Shown here piece by piece: positions 34,563 through 48,100 of a stretch of DNA of 64,000 nucleotides. Every line of letters starts with the position of its first letter. Position 1 is the first letter of the stretch. The position numbers were made by a program, and so were the translations under genes. The DNA comes from Heterodontus francisci (taxonomy: Eukaryota), in the NCBI RefSeq assembly GCF_036365525.1, contig NC_090399.1, positions 54,530,430 through 54,594,429 on the forward strand. The letters run 5' to 3'. The notes below the pieces were generated by a model that saw only the letters and a program-made list of their open reading frames with translations, was not told the DNA's origin and made no database searches.

Positions 34563-37500
34563 GTCGATCAGCTGTCAGAGCAGTTGTAACTTGTGTGTGA
34601 CTCAGAGGGATATGATAGTAAAAGATTTCTGCCGGGTGTAACCACAGATTGCAATGAGTGGGAAGGTTAGAATTTAGTGAGAGTGGCAATTCGGTGTAGA
34701 GGGGGAAAGAGGTGCTTTTGTCTTTAACACTTGTAGTGGGATGTATAAATGTGAGGCAGTATTTAAAATTTTGTTCAGTCTTTTAATGCTCAATGCAAGT
34801 TAGTATGTATAATTTAAAAAACTTAAAACAGACAAAAAAGTAATGTCTGATGAATAAATATAGACTCAGATCAGATAAAGAGCTAAGGTAAGTAAAGCAG
34901 AGATTTTCCAGTAGTGTCCATTTGGTTAAAGTCAACAGGCTTCTGATAAACTACCCCCCCCCACGGCCAATCCCATCTATAAAATTCCACACACATCCCT
35001 TTAACACAAGTAATTTGCCTGTATAAAATAAATTCTACAATTAAATATATTGCTGTTTTATTTATTTAATGTGAAACTTGTTACTGGTGCGAAGAAACAA
35101 TTGTCTGATGATATGGAGATCTGAACTCCTAGATCTGCAGTAAAATGATTCCCTCTGATCCATAAACAATTTATAAGGGCGATTTCAAACAAAAAGGGAA
35201 CTCATTTGAAGGAGGGAAGACTCTGGGTGAAAACAAACTGCGATCGGGTAACCGGGAGGGAGAATCAATCCCAGGGTAAGGATATCGCTGTTAAAGCCCC
35301 TGACATCGGGCCATGCATTTCCCATGTTGCAGTTGGAGGTGAGTCAGCCTGGTCAATGGGCACTGGATTTAAACATTGAGAACATCAAGAGGGCTGACAT
35401 CCTGCCCTCGGCCCCATGTAACCTCACCCACCTCACTGAAGGCACTTTCCTCATCTTATAGCGAAAGGGGAAACTCAAACTTGGGAGGCCAGCTGCTCGA
35501 GACATTACCTGGAGACTGAACCATCTCAGAGACAGAGTGAGAGAGGAGCACAGCGGGAGATGAGGTTTAAAAAGCACGGCAAAAACCCTGAGTCGGAGAC
35601 CGGAGACAGACAGAGTGAGAAAGGAGCACAGCGGAAGTTTAAAAATGTGCGCCAAAAGAGCAATTGAACACGTGGCTGGAGAACTGGTGTAGGAGGGAGT
35701 GCAGCAGATTTTGAAGACATTGGGACCGGTTCTGGGGCAGGTGGGGCTGGTTGCACCTTAGCAGGACTGGTACAAATATCCTCATAGGGAGATTTGCTAG
35801 TGCTGTTGGGGAGGGTTTAAACTGAATTGTCAGGGGGATGAGAAACGTAAGAGGGAGCTCAGATTGGAGGGAAGCAAAACTGGTAACTAGTCAGGGGTGT
35901 GGGAACCAGGAGCAAGTATCAGAGAGAAATACTAAGGTGCGCAGAATACTGGAGAAGATAGATAGCACGAGAGTAGGGAATATTATGTTATTAGGTGGGG
36001 TCAGAGTAAGGGATAAAGTAATAAAGTCTGAATCAGGGTTATTGTGCATATATGTGAATGCACAGAGTGTGGTTAATAAGACTGGTGAGGTACAGGCGCA
36101 GATTGCCATGTGGAAATATAATGTTGTGACTATAACAGAGACCTGGCTCACTGAAGGGCATGACTAGGTGTTAAATATTCCTGGATACAAGGTGTTCAGG
36201 AAAGACAGGAACAAGAAAAAAGGGGGAGGGGTGGCGGTATTGATTAAGGAGAGCATTGCAGTGCTGGAGAAAAAGGATGTCCCAGAGGGGTTGAAGATAG
36301 AATCAATTAGGCTAGAGCCAAAAAGGTGCAGTTACATTGCTCGGTGTTGTCTATAGGCTACCAGCTAGTGGGAAGGATGTGGAGGAACAAATTTGCAAGG
36401 AAGTTACAGAGAGGAGCAAAAATAATAGGGTAGTTTTAATGGGGAACTTTAATTATCCAAACATAGACTGGGATAGTAGTAGTGTAAAGGGCAGTGAGGG
36501 GAAAGAGTTCCTAGAGTGTGTTCAGGAAAATTTTCTATAACAGTATGTTGCTAGTCCAACAAGAAAGGAGGCACTGCTAGACCTGGTTCTTGGGAATGAG
36601 GTGGGCCAAGTGGATCAAGTATCAGTAGGAGAGCATTTAGGGGTTAGTGATCATTGTATCTCGGCTGACTATGGAAAAGGACAAAGAGCAATCCAGAATA
36701 ATTAACTGGGGAAGGACAACTTCAATGGGGTAAGAATGGAGCTGGGGCGAATAAATTGGTGTCAAAAGCTGGCAGGAAAACCGGTATATGAACAATGGGT
36801 TACTTTCAAAGAACAGATAGTTCAGGCACAGTCGAGGTATGTTCCCTCGAAGGTAAGACAAACAAATCCAGAGCTCCCTGGATGATAAAAGAGGTACAGA
36901 TTAAGATAAAGAAGAAAAAGTGTGCTTATGACAGATGCCAGGTAGGAAATACTATTGAGAACCAGGCTGAATATAGAAGGTCCAGAGGGGAAGTGAAAAA
37001 GCAAATAAGAGAAGCAAAGAGAGAGCATGAGAAAAGACTGGCAGCTAGCATTAAAGGAAATCCCAAAGTTTTCTATATGCATATAAACAGTAAAAGGGTG
37101 GTAAAAGGAGGAGTGGGGCTGATTAGAGACCAGAAACAAGATTTACACAGGGAAGCAGAGGGCATTGCTGAGATATTAAATGAATACTTTGCATTTGTCT
37201 TTACCAAGGAAAGAAGACGCACCCCAGACAATTATGAAAGAGGAGATAAGTCAGACACCTAGAGGGGGTTAAAATTTGGTAAAGAGGAAGTATTAGATAG
37301 GCCGCCTGAACCTAAAGTGGATAAAGCACCAGGGCCGGATGAGATGCATCCAAGGATAGTGAGGGAAGTGAGAGTGGAAATCGGAGAGGTGCTGGCCATA
37401 ATTTTTCAGTCTTCCTTAGATTCAGGGGTGGTGCCAGAGGACTGGAGAATTGCAAACGTTACACGCTTGTTCAAAAAAGGCTGTAAAGATAAGCCCAGCA

Positions 37501-37827
37501 ACTACAGGCCAGTCAGTTTAACTTGGGTGGTGGGAAAACTTCTAGAAAAAATAATCTGGGACAAAATCAATAGTCACATGGACAAATGCAAGTTAATTAA
37601 GGAAAGCCAGCATGGATTCCATAAGGGATAATCATGTTTACCTAACTTGCTGAAGTTTTTTGAGCAGGTAACAGAGAGGGTTGATGAGGGCAATGCTGTT
37701 GATGTGGTGTATTTGGACTTTCAAAAGGCATTTGATACAATGCCACACAACAGACCTGAGAGCAAACTTGTAGCTGATGGAATAAAGGGGACAGTAGCAA
37801 CATGGATATGGAATTGGCTGAGTGACA

Positions 37828-38172
37828 GGCGGCACAGTGGTGCAGTGGTTAGCACTGCAGCCTTACAGCTCCAGCGACCCGGGTTCAGTTCTGGGTACTG
37901 CCTGTGTGGAGTTTGCAAGTTCTCCCTGTGACTGCGTGGGTTTCCGCTGGGTGCTCTGGTTTCCTCCCACAGCCAAAGACTTGCAGGTTGATAGGTAAAT
38001 TGGCCATTGTAAATTGCCCCTAGTGTAGGTAGGTGGTAGGAGAATGGTGGGGATGTGATAGGGAATATGGGATTAATGTAGGATTAGTATAAATGGGTGG
38101 TTGTTGGTCAGCACAGACTCGGTGGGCCGCAGGGCCTGTTTCAGTGCTGTATCTCTAAATAAAATAAATAAA
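37828..38172 (+). mobile_element. V-SINE (HE1-like) with CR1-type 3' tail
   Basis: tRNA head GGCGGCACAGTGGTGCAGTGGTTAGCA, V-domain GTGTGGAGTTTGCAAGTTCTCCCTGTG..GGTTTCCTCCCACAG, tail GGGCCTGTTTCAGTGCTGTATCTCTAAATAAA. Confidence 0.9.
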
Positions 38173-39226
38173 GAATGGTGATTAATGGATGTTTTCTGGC
38201 TGGAGGAAGGTTTGTGATGGAGTTCCCCAGGGATCAGTGTTGGGACCCTTGCTTTTCCTGATATATATTAATGACCTAGACCTTGGTGTACAGGGCACAA
38301 TTTCAAAGTTTGCAGATAATCCAAAACTTGGAAGAATTGTGAACTGTGAGGAGGATGGTGTAGAACTTCAAAAAGACATAGACAAGTTGGTGGTATGGGC
38401 AGACAGGTGGGAGATGAAGTTCAATGCAGGGAAATGTGAGGTGATTCATTTTGGTAAGAAGAACATGGAGAGACAATATAGAATAAAGGATACAATTCTA
38501 AAGGGGGTGCAGGAACAGAGGGACCAAGGTGTGTATGTGCATAAGTTATTAAAGAACATAATAAGAACATAAGAACTAGGAGCAGGAGTAGGCAATTCAG
38601 CCCCTTGAGCCTGCTCCGCCATTCAATACAATTATGGCTGATCTCATCTCGGCCTCAACTCCAGTTTTCTGCCCATTCTTCATAACCCTTCCACCCATTA
38701 CTAATTAAAAATCTGTGTATCTCCTCCTTAAATTTACTCAATGTCCCGGCATCCACCGCACTCTGAGGTCGTGAATTCCACAGACTCACGACCCTTTGAG
38801 AGAAGTAATTTCTCCTCATCTGTTTTAAATTTGCTACCCCTTATCCTAAAACTATGACCTTTTGTTCTAGATTGCCCCACAAGAGGAAACATCCTCTCTA
38901 CGTCTACTTTGTCAATCCCCTTAATCATCTTATAATACCTCAATTAGATCTCATCTCATTCTTCTAAACTCTAGAGAGTAAAGGCCTAAACTGCTCAATC
39001 TCTCTTCACAAGACAAACCCCTCATCACTGGAATCAATCTATTGAACCTCCTCTGAACTGCCTCCAATGCAACTACATCCCTCCTCAAGTAAGGGGACTG
39101 CAACTGTACGCAATACTCCAGGTGCAGTCTCACTAATGCCTTGTACAGTTGCAGAAACACTTCCTTACTTTCATACTCTATTCCTTTAGCAATAAATGCC
39201 AAAATTCTATTTGCCTTCCTTATTAT

Positions 39227-39290
39227 TTCGGCGCAGGCTTGGAGGGCCGAAGGGCCTGTTTCCTGTGCTGTAATTTTCTTTGTTCTTTGT
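39227..39290 (+). mobile_element. About 65-bp CR1 3'-tail-only insertion
   Basis: GGGCCGAAGGGCCTGTTTCCTGTGCTGTAA plus (TTCTTTG)n, flanked by TSD TTATTA. Confidence 0.8.
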
Positions 39291-41260
39291 TTATTACCTG
39301 CTGTACCTGCATACTAATTTTCAGTGAATCATGCACAAGGACACCCAGATCCCTCTGCACCGAAGCACTCTGAAGTTTCTCTCCATTTAGATAATAATTT
39401 GCCTTTCTATTCTTCTAACCAAAATGGATAACCTCACACTTATCCACGTTAAACTCCATCTGCCAACTTTTGTCCCATTCACCTAACCTATCCATATCCA
39501 TTTGTAAATTTCATTTTTTTTTTTTGCAACTCCCACCGATTTTAGTGTCATCTGCAAATTTGGCTATAGTACCTTCTATCCCTGCATCCAACTCATTAAG
39601 ATAGATTGTAAATAGTTGGGGCCCGAGGACCGAACCCTGTGGCACCCCACTAGTTCCATCTTGCCAACCAGAAAAAGATCCATTTATCCTGACTCTGTTT
39701 TCTGTTGGTTAGTCAATCCTCTATCCAAACTAATAAATTGCCCCTAACCCCATGTGATCTTACCTTGTGTATTAACCTTTTGTGCGGCACCTTATCAAAT
39801 GTAGTCTGGAAGTCCAGATATACTACATCGACAGGATCCCCATTCTCCACTTTGCTCGTTACAGCTTCGAAGAACTCGAGCAAATTAATCAAATATGATT
39901 TACCCTTCATAAAACCATGCTGATTCTGATGGATCGCGTTTTGACTTTCTAAATGTCCTATTATTACTTCCTTAATAATGGATTCTAACAATTTCCCAAC
40001 GATAGATGTTAAACTAACTGGTCTGTAGTTTCCTACTTTCTGCCTCCTCCCTTTTTGAATAAGGGCATTATATTAGCTTTTTTCTAATCCACTGGAACCT
40101 TTCCCGCATCCAGGGAATTTTGGAGTATTATAATCAATGGATCCACTATCTCCGCTGCTGCTTCCTTTAAGATCCTAGGATGTAGGCCATCAGGCCCTGG
40201 GGACTTGTCTGCCTTCAATCTCAATAGTTTGCTCAGTATTTTATCTCTCGTGATGATGATTGTTCTAAGTTCCTCTCTTTCTGTAATCTCTGCATTACCT
40301 GTTACTATTGGGATGGTACTAGTATCCTCCACCGTGAAAACTGAGGCAAAATACTGATTTAGTGACTCCGCCATTTCTGTGCTCCCCTCTATTAACTCCC
40401 CAGTCATGTCCTCCAAAGGACCAACATTCACTTTAGCTACTCTCTTCCCTTTAATATACTTATAGAAGCATTTGTTGTCTGTTTTTATATTTTGTGCTAG
40501 TTTTCTTTCATAATTTACCTTTCTCTTTTTATTACTTTTTTTGTAACCCTTTGTAATTTTTAAAAATGTCCCAATCTTCCAGCCTGCCACTGGCCTTTGT
40601 AATATGGTATGCCTTAGTTTTTGTCTTTATGATATCCTTAACTTCCTTGCTTAGCCATGGATGTTTTTTTCCCCCTCTTAGAATCTTTCTTCCTCTCTGG
40701 AATATATTTTAGTTGGGAGGATTTGAATATCTCCTTAAACATCTGCCACTGCTCATCAACTGTCCTACCTTTTAGTCTTGCTGCCCAGTCCACTCGGGCC
40801 AAATCTGTCCTCATGCTTATGTAATTACCTTTGTTTAACTCCAGAACACTAGTGTGGGACTCCAGCTTCTCGCCCTCAAACTGAATTTGAAATTCTATGC
40901 TATGATCATTCAGAAAGAGCGAGACCAAGGCGGACCTCTGAGGAAACAGGCACCAGTGAGCAGGAGTTCCAGCAGTTTAAAAGCGACATCCTCACACACA
41001 CTCTCACAGGGACAGTGAGAGAGTTCCACGACTGACGTCACAGTTCAGAAAGTGATGCATTGTAAGGGGAGGCAGCTGATTGGCAAATAGGAACGGGTGG
41101 GTATTTCTACCCTTTTTTACTACTTTCAAAAGCTGAAGTAAAATTAAAGGTAGGGAATTTAGATTGTAGTAGGTAGTGTTTGGAGTAGAATAAGGTTCCT
41201 ATCGTAATTAGTATTCTAAATTAAAGGGAGTAACTAAGGAGCTTAATCTAAAGCTAAGTC

Positions 41261-42190
41261 ATGGCAGGAGAGCTCAGCCCTGTGGCAAGCTCCTCCTGCG
41301 CTCTGTGGGAAATCAGGGACACTGGAAGTGTCCCTGGTGACCATGTGTGCAGGAAGTGTGTCCAGCTGCAGCTACTAGCTGACCACATTGGAGCTGCGGG
41401 TGGATTCACTGTGGAGCATCCGTGATGCTGAGGATGTCGTGGATAGCATGTTTAGCGAGGTGGTCACACCGCAGGTAATGGCTGCAGAGGCATAAAAGAG
41501 ATGGGTGACCACCAGGATGAGTAGTAGACGCAAGCAGGTAATGCAAGGTTTCCCTGTGGCCATCCCTCTCTCAAACAGATATACCGCTTTGGATACTGTT
41601 GGGGGGGATGGCCTCCCAGGGGAAAGCAGCAACAGCCAAGTTGGTGGCACCACGGAGGGCTCTGCTGCACAGGAGGGAGTGAAAAATAGTGGGAGAGCCA
41701 TACTGATAGGGGATTCAATCGTAAAGGGAACAGACAGGCGTTTCTGTGGCCACAAACATGACTCCAGGATGGTATGTTGCCTCCCTGGTGCTAGGGTCAA
41801 GGATGTCTCAGAGCGGCTGCAGGACATTCTGAAGGGACAGGATGAACAATCAGAGGTCGTGGTACACATTAGTACCAACGACATAGGTAGAAAGAGGGAT
41901 GGGGTCCTGCAACAAGAATTTAGGGAGCTAGGTAGCAGTTTGAAAAGCAGCACCTCAAAGGTTGTAATCTCTGGATTACTCCCAGTGCCATGTGCTAGTG
42001 AGTATAGGAATAGGAGGATAGAGCAGATGAATGCGTGGCTGAGGAGGTGGCGCAAGAGGGAGGGCTTTAGTTTCCTGGATCACTGGGTCTGTTTCTGGCC
42101 ATGATGGGACCTGTACAAGTTGGACGGGTTGCACCTGAACCAGAACAGGATAAACATCCTTGCTGGGAGGTTTGTTAGTGCTGTTGGTGG
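41261..42190 (+). pseudogene. CR1 ORF1p (Zn-finger/coiled coil plus SGNH esterase), disrupted
   Basis: LIGDSIVKG, CLPGARVKDV, VVHISTNDIG, VISGLLPVP. Contains stops and frameshifts. Confidence 0.85.
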
Positions 42191-43740
42191 GGGGGTGGGG
42201 GGATGGGATCCGGAGTGGAGGTACAGTAGGGGGTGATGCACAGTCAAATATAGAAGAGAAACTGAGTCAGTCAGGAAGGCAGAGCAAGTATAGACCTGTT
42301 AAGGCACAAGTGAAAAATGCAAGGCTGGATTGCATCTATTTTAATGCAAGGAGTCTTACTAGTAAGGCAGATGAATTGAGGGCATTGATTAGCACATGGC
42401 ATTATGATATTATTGCTATCACAGAGACATGGTTGAGGGAAGGGCTGGACTGGCAGCTCAATATTCCAGGGTATAGAATCTTCAGTCATGACAGGGGAGG
42501 GAGTAAAAGAGGAGGTGGCATTGCATTGTTGATCAAGGAATCAGTTACTGCAGTAAGGAAGGATGATATCTTAGAAGGTTCCTCAAATGAGGCCATATGG
42601 GTAGAACTTAAAAAAAGGGGGCAATTACTTTGCTGGGAGTGTACTACAGGCCTCCAAACAGTCAGGGAGAGATAGAGGAGCAGATATGTAGGCAAATCTC
42701 AGAGAGGTGTAAAAATAATAGTGTAATAATAGTAGGAGATTTCAACTTCCCCAATATTAACTGGGATAGTCTTAGTGCAAAAGGCTTAAAGGGGGCAGAA
42801 TTCCTAAAATGCATACAGGAGAGCTTTTTGAGCCAGTACGGAGATAGTCCTACAAGAGAAGGGAATGAAGCCGGACAAGTGGTAGAAGTGTCAGTGGGGG
42901 AACATTTCGGGGATAGTGACCATAACTCTAAGATTTAAGGTAGTTATGGAAAAGGATAAAGATGGATCGGAAATTAAGATACTGAATTGGGGGAAGGCCG
43001 ATTTTAAGATAATAAAACAGGATCTGGCCAAAGTGAACTGGGAGCAGTTACTTGTAGGAAAGTCTACATTAGACCAGTGGGAGTCATTCAAACAGGAAAT
43101 AGTGAGAGTTCAGAGCCAACCTGTACCCGTTAAGGTGAAGGGTAGGACCCTGGATGTCAAGGGATATAGAGGATTGGATAAAAAAAAAAAGGCTTATGAC
43201 AGATTCAGTATGCTGAAAACAGTGGAGGCACGAGAGGAGGATAGAAAGCATTGGGGGGAGGGGATGTGGGGTACTTAAAAAGGTAATTAGGAGAGCGAAG
43301 AGGAGACACGAAGAAACACTGGCGGGCGAGATAAAGGAAAATCCTAAGGCATTTTATAAGTATATTAAGGGCAAGAGAATAACCAGGGAAAGAGTAGGGT
43401 CCATTAGGGACCAAAGTAGCAATGTGTGTGTGGAGCTGGAGGACATAGGTGAGCTTTTAAATGATTACTTTTCATCTGTGTTCACTATGGAGAAGGACGA
43501 TGTTGATGTCGAGAGCAGAGAGGGGGATTGTGAAATACTTGAACATATTAGCATTGAAAGGGAGGAAGCATTAGATGTTTTAGTGGCCCAGATGAGATGT
43601 ATCCCAGGCTGTTATGTGAGGCAAGGGAGGAGATTGCAGGGGCTCTGACACAAATTGTCAAATCCTCTCTGGCCACAGGAGAGGTACCAGAGGATTGGAA
43701 GACAGCGAATGTGGTACCATTATTTAAGAAGGGTAGCAGG

Positions 43741-45155
43741 GAGGTTGAGAGAAAGCAAGGAATTATAGACCAGTCAGCCCGACGTCTGTAGTGGGGAAAA
43801 TTCTAGAGTTCTTTATCAAAGATTTTATAGCACAGCACTTGGAGAACAGTGGTAGAATCGGACAGAGTCAGCATGGATTTACGAAAGGGAAATCATGCTT
43901 GTCAAATATACTAGAATTCTTCAAGGATGTAACTCGTTGAGTTGATGAGGGGGAGCCAGTGGATGTGGTTTATTTGGACTTTCAGAAGGCTTTCGACAAA
44001 ATCCCACATAAGAGATTAGCGTGTAAAATTAAAGCGCATGGGATTGGGGGTAGTGTATTGTGATGGATAGAAAATTGGTTGGCAGACAGGAAATGAAGAG
44101 TAGGGTTAAATGGGCCTTTTTCCGAATGGCAGGCAGTGACTAGTGGGGTACCGCAGGGATCGGTGCTAGGACCCCAGCTATTCACAATATATATTAATGA
44201 TTTAGATGAGGGAACTAAATGTAATATTTCCAAATTTGCAGATGACACAAAACTAGGTGGGAGGGTGAGTTGTGAGGAGGATGCAGAGAGGCTTCAGGGT
44301 GACTTGGACAAGTTGAGTGAGTGGGCTAATGCATAGCAGATGCAGTATAATGTGGATAAATGTGAGGTTATCCACTTTGGTAGCAAAAACAGGAAGGCAG
44401 ATTATCTGAACGGTGATAAACTGAGAGAGGGGAATATGCAGCGAGACCTGGGTGTTCTCGTACACCAACCGCTGAAGGTAAGCATGCAGGTGCAACAGGC
44501 GGTAAAAAGAAAAATGGTATGTTGACCTTCATAGCGAGACGATTCGAGTACAGGAGCAGGGATGTCTTGCTGCAATTATACAGGGCCTTGGTGAGGCCAC
44601 AGCTGGAATAGTGTGTGCAGTTTTGGTCTCCTTATCTGAGGAAGGATGTTTTTGCTATAGAGGGAGTGCAGCGAAGGTTTATCAGACTGATTGCTGGGAT
44701 GGTGGGACTGACGTATGAGGAGAGATTGAGTCGGTTAGGATTATATTCGCTGGAGTTCAGAAGAGTGAGGGGGGATCTCATAGAAACCTATAAAATTCTA
44801 ACAGGACTTGACAGGGTAGATGCAGGAAGGATGTTCCTGATGGTGGGGGAGTCCAGAACCAGGGGTCATAATCTAAGGATACGAAGTAAACCTTTCAGGA
44901 CTGAGATGAGGAGAAATTTCTTCATCCAGAGTGGTGAGCCTGTGGAATTCGCTACCATAGAAAGCAGGTGAGGCCAAAACATTATTTGTTTTCAAGAAGG
45001 AGTTAGATATAACTCTTGGGTCTAAAGGGATAAAAGGGTATGGGGCGAAAGCGGGAACAGGTTACTGAGTTGGATGATCAGCCATGATCATAATGAATGG
45101 CGGAGCAGGCCCGAAGGGCCGAATGGCCTACTCCTGCTCCTATCTTCTCTGTTTG
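43741..45155 (+). mobile_element. CR1 LINE 'I', 5'-truncated, nested in H
   Basis: Second RT copy with its own tail GGCCGAATGGCCTACTCCTGCTCCTATCTTCTCTGTTTG. Host FKKGSR|DKPGNYRPV rejoins when it is removed. Confidence 0.88.
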
Positions 45156-48100
45156 TAAACCAGGTAATTACAGGCCGGTGAGTCTAACATCAGTGGTTGG
45201 GAAACTATTGGAAAAATTCTGAGGGACAGGATTAATCTCCACTTGGAAAGGCAGGGATTAATCAGGGATAGTCAGCATGGCTTTGTCAGGGGAGATTGTG
45301 TCTAACTAACTTGATTGAATTTTTTGAGGCAGTGACTAGAGGTGTAGATGAGGGTAAAGCAGTTAATGTAGTCTACATTGACTTCAGTAAGGCTTTTGAT
45401 AAGGTCCCGCATGGGACATTGGTTAAAAAGGTAAGAGCCCTTGGGATCCAGGGCAATTTGGCAAATTGGATCCAAAATTGGCTTAGTGGCAGGAGGCAGA
45501 GGGTAATGGTCGAGGGTTGTTTTTGTGAGTGGAAGCCTGTGACCAGTGGCGTACCTCAGGGACCAGTGCTGGAACACTTACTGTTTGTAGTGTACATGAA
45601 TGATTCAGACGTTAATATAGAAGGTATGATCAGTAAGTTCGCAGATGACAGAAAATTGGTGGTGTCGTAAATAGTGAGGAGGAAAGCCTTCGATTACAGG
45701 ATGATATAGATGGGGCTGTTAAGATGCGCAGAGCTGTGGCAAATGGAATTTAATCCTGAGAAGTGTGAGGTGATGCATTTTGGGAGGACTAACAAGGCAA
45801 GGGAATATACAATGGATGGTAGAACTATAGGAAGTACAGAGGGTCAGAGGGACCTTGGTGTACTTGTCCATAGATCATTGAAGGTAGCAGCACAGGTAGA
45901 TAAGGTGGTTAGGAAGGCATATGGGATACTTGCCTTTATTAGCCGAGGCATAGAATATAAGAGCGGGGAAGTTATGATGGAGCTGTATAAAACGCTAGTT
46001 CGGCCACAGCTGGAGTACTGTGTACAGTTCTGGGCACCACACTATAGGAAGGATGTGATTGCACTGGAGAGGGTGCAGAGGAGATTCACCAGGATATTGC
46101 CTGGGCTGGAGCATTTCAGCTATGAAGAGAGACTAAAAAGGCTAGCATTGTTTTCCTTAGAGCAGAGAAGGCTAAGGGGAGATATGATTGAGGTATACAA
46201 AATTATGAGGGGCATTGATAGGTTAGATAGGAAGAAACATTTTCCCTTAACAAAGGGGTCAATAACCAGGGGGCATAGATTTAAGGTAAGGGGCAGGAGG
46301 TTTAGAGGGGAGTTGAGGAAATAATTTTCACCCAGAGGATAGTTGGAATCTGGAATGCACTGCCTGCAGAGGTGGTAGAGACAGGAACCTTCACAACATT
46401 TAAGAAGAATTTAGATGAACACTTGAAACGCCATAGCATACAAGGCTACGGGCCAAGTGCTGGAAAATGGGTTTAGAATAGTTAGGTGCTTGATGGCCAG
46501 CACAGATATGATGAGTCGAAGGGCCTGTTTCTGTGCTGTATCACTCTATGACTCTTACCTGGAGGATCCTTAACTATGAGATTAATTAATCCCACCTCAT
46601 TACACAATACCAAATCTAGAATAGCCTGCTCCTTGGTTGGTTCCACAATATATTGCTCCAAAAAACAAATATATTCAATGAACTCTCCCTCGAGGCTACC
46701 CTTGTCAATTTGATTAATCCAGTCTATATGCATATTAAAATCACCCATGATTATTGCTGTACCTTTCTTACAAGCCTCCAGTATTTCCTGGTTTATACTG
46801 TGCCCCACTGTGGAACTACTGTTTGGGGATCTATAGATTACTCCCACCAGGGACTTCTTTCCCTTGCTATTTCTTATTTCTACTCAGACTGATTCTACGC
46901 CTTGATCTCCAGTACCTATATCGTTTCTCACTACAGCACTGATCTCTTCCTTCACTAACAAAGCTACACCACCTCCTTTTCCTTCCTGCCTATCCTTTTG
47001 AAATACTGAGTACCCTTGAATATTCAATTACCAAACCTGGTTTCCCTGCATCCACATCTCAGTAATCGCCACCGAATCATACCCATTCGTTTCTATTTGC
47101 ACTGTTAACTCATTTATTTTATTCCGAATGCTTCGTGCATTCTGATACAAAGTTTGTTCTATTCTCAAATTTCCCTACTTTTGTACGATTCCTTGGTGCA
47201 ATATGACGTTCACACGTTCTATCCCTTCCTTTTATTTTCTGGTAACAATGAGCCTCATCATTAACCTGCACTCCTACCTTCTCCTTTAACTTTGACTTCC
47301 TGTTTTTCCATGCAACTGAACCCTCCCCCCAACTATTTAGTTTAAAGCCCTATCTACAGCCCTAGTTATGCAATTCGTCAGGACTCTGGTCCCAGCATGA
47401 TTCAGGTGGAGCCCGTCCCATCGGAACAGCTCCCTCCTTCCCCAGTACTGGTGCCAATGTCCCACGAATTCAAACCCATTTCTCCCACACCAATCTTTGA
47501 GCCACACATTTACCTCTTTAATCTTACTGACCCTGTGTCAATTTGCTCGTGGCTCAGGTAGTAATCCGGAGATTATTACCTTTTTGGTTCTGCTTTTTAA
47601 TTTAGCCCCTAGCTACTCATATTCCCTCAGCAGAACCTCTATCCTTGTTCTACCTATATCCTTGGTACCTACGTGGACCATGACAACTGGATCTTTCCCC
47701 TCCCACTCCAAGTTCCTCTGCAGCTCAGATGAGATATCCTGAACCCTGGCACCAGGTAGGCAACACAGCCTTCGGGACTCTCGATCCTAGCCGCAGAGAA
47801 CAGTGTCTATGCCCCTAACTATACTATCCCCGATTACGACTACATTTCTCTTTTCTCCCCCCACTTGAATGGCTCCCTGTACCATGGTGCTGCGGTCAGT
47901 TTGCTCACCCTCCCTGCAGTCCCTGCTCTCGTCCACACAGGGAGCAAGAGTCTCGAACCCGTTGGACAAGGACAAGGGTTGAGGCTCCTGCAACACTACC
48001 TCCTGGATCCCTCTACCTGTCTCACGCATAGTCACACCCTCCTGTCCCTGACCACTGGCCAAATTCAAGGTACTTAATCTAAGGGGTGTGACTGTCTCCT

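Larger units (their letters stand above)
40909..46551 (+). mobile_element. CR1 LINE 'H', full-length, nested in G
   Basis: 5'UTR, ORF1 from ATG 41261, APE (YFNARSL..ITETWL), RT, and tail GGGCCTGTTTCTGTGCTGTATCACTCTATGA. Confidence 0.92.

Noticed and set aside
35190-35280. Open frame ending at CAGG|GTAAGG as a possible + strand cytoplasmic exon
   Set aside because: No acceptor with a pyrimidine tract and no recognisable class I motif.
37828-37900. tRNA gene
   Set aside because: The tRNA-like head runs into a V-domain and LINE tail, so it is a SINE.
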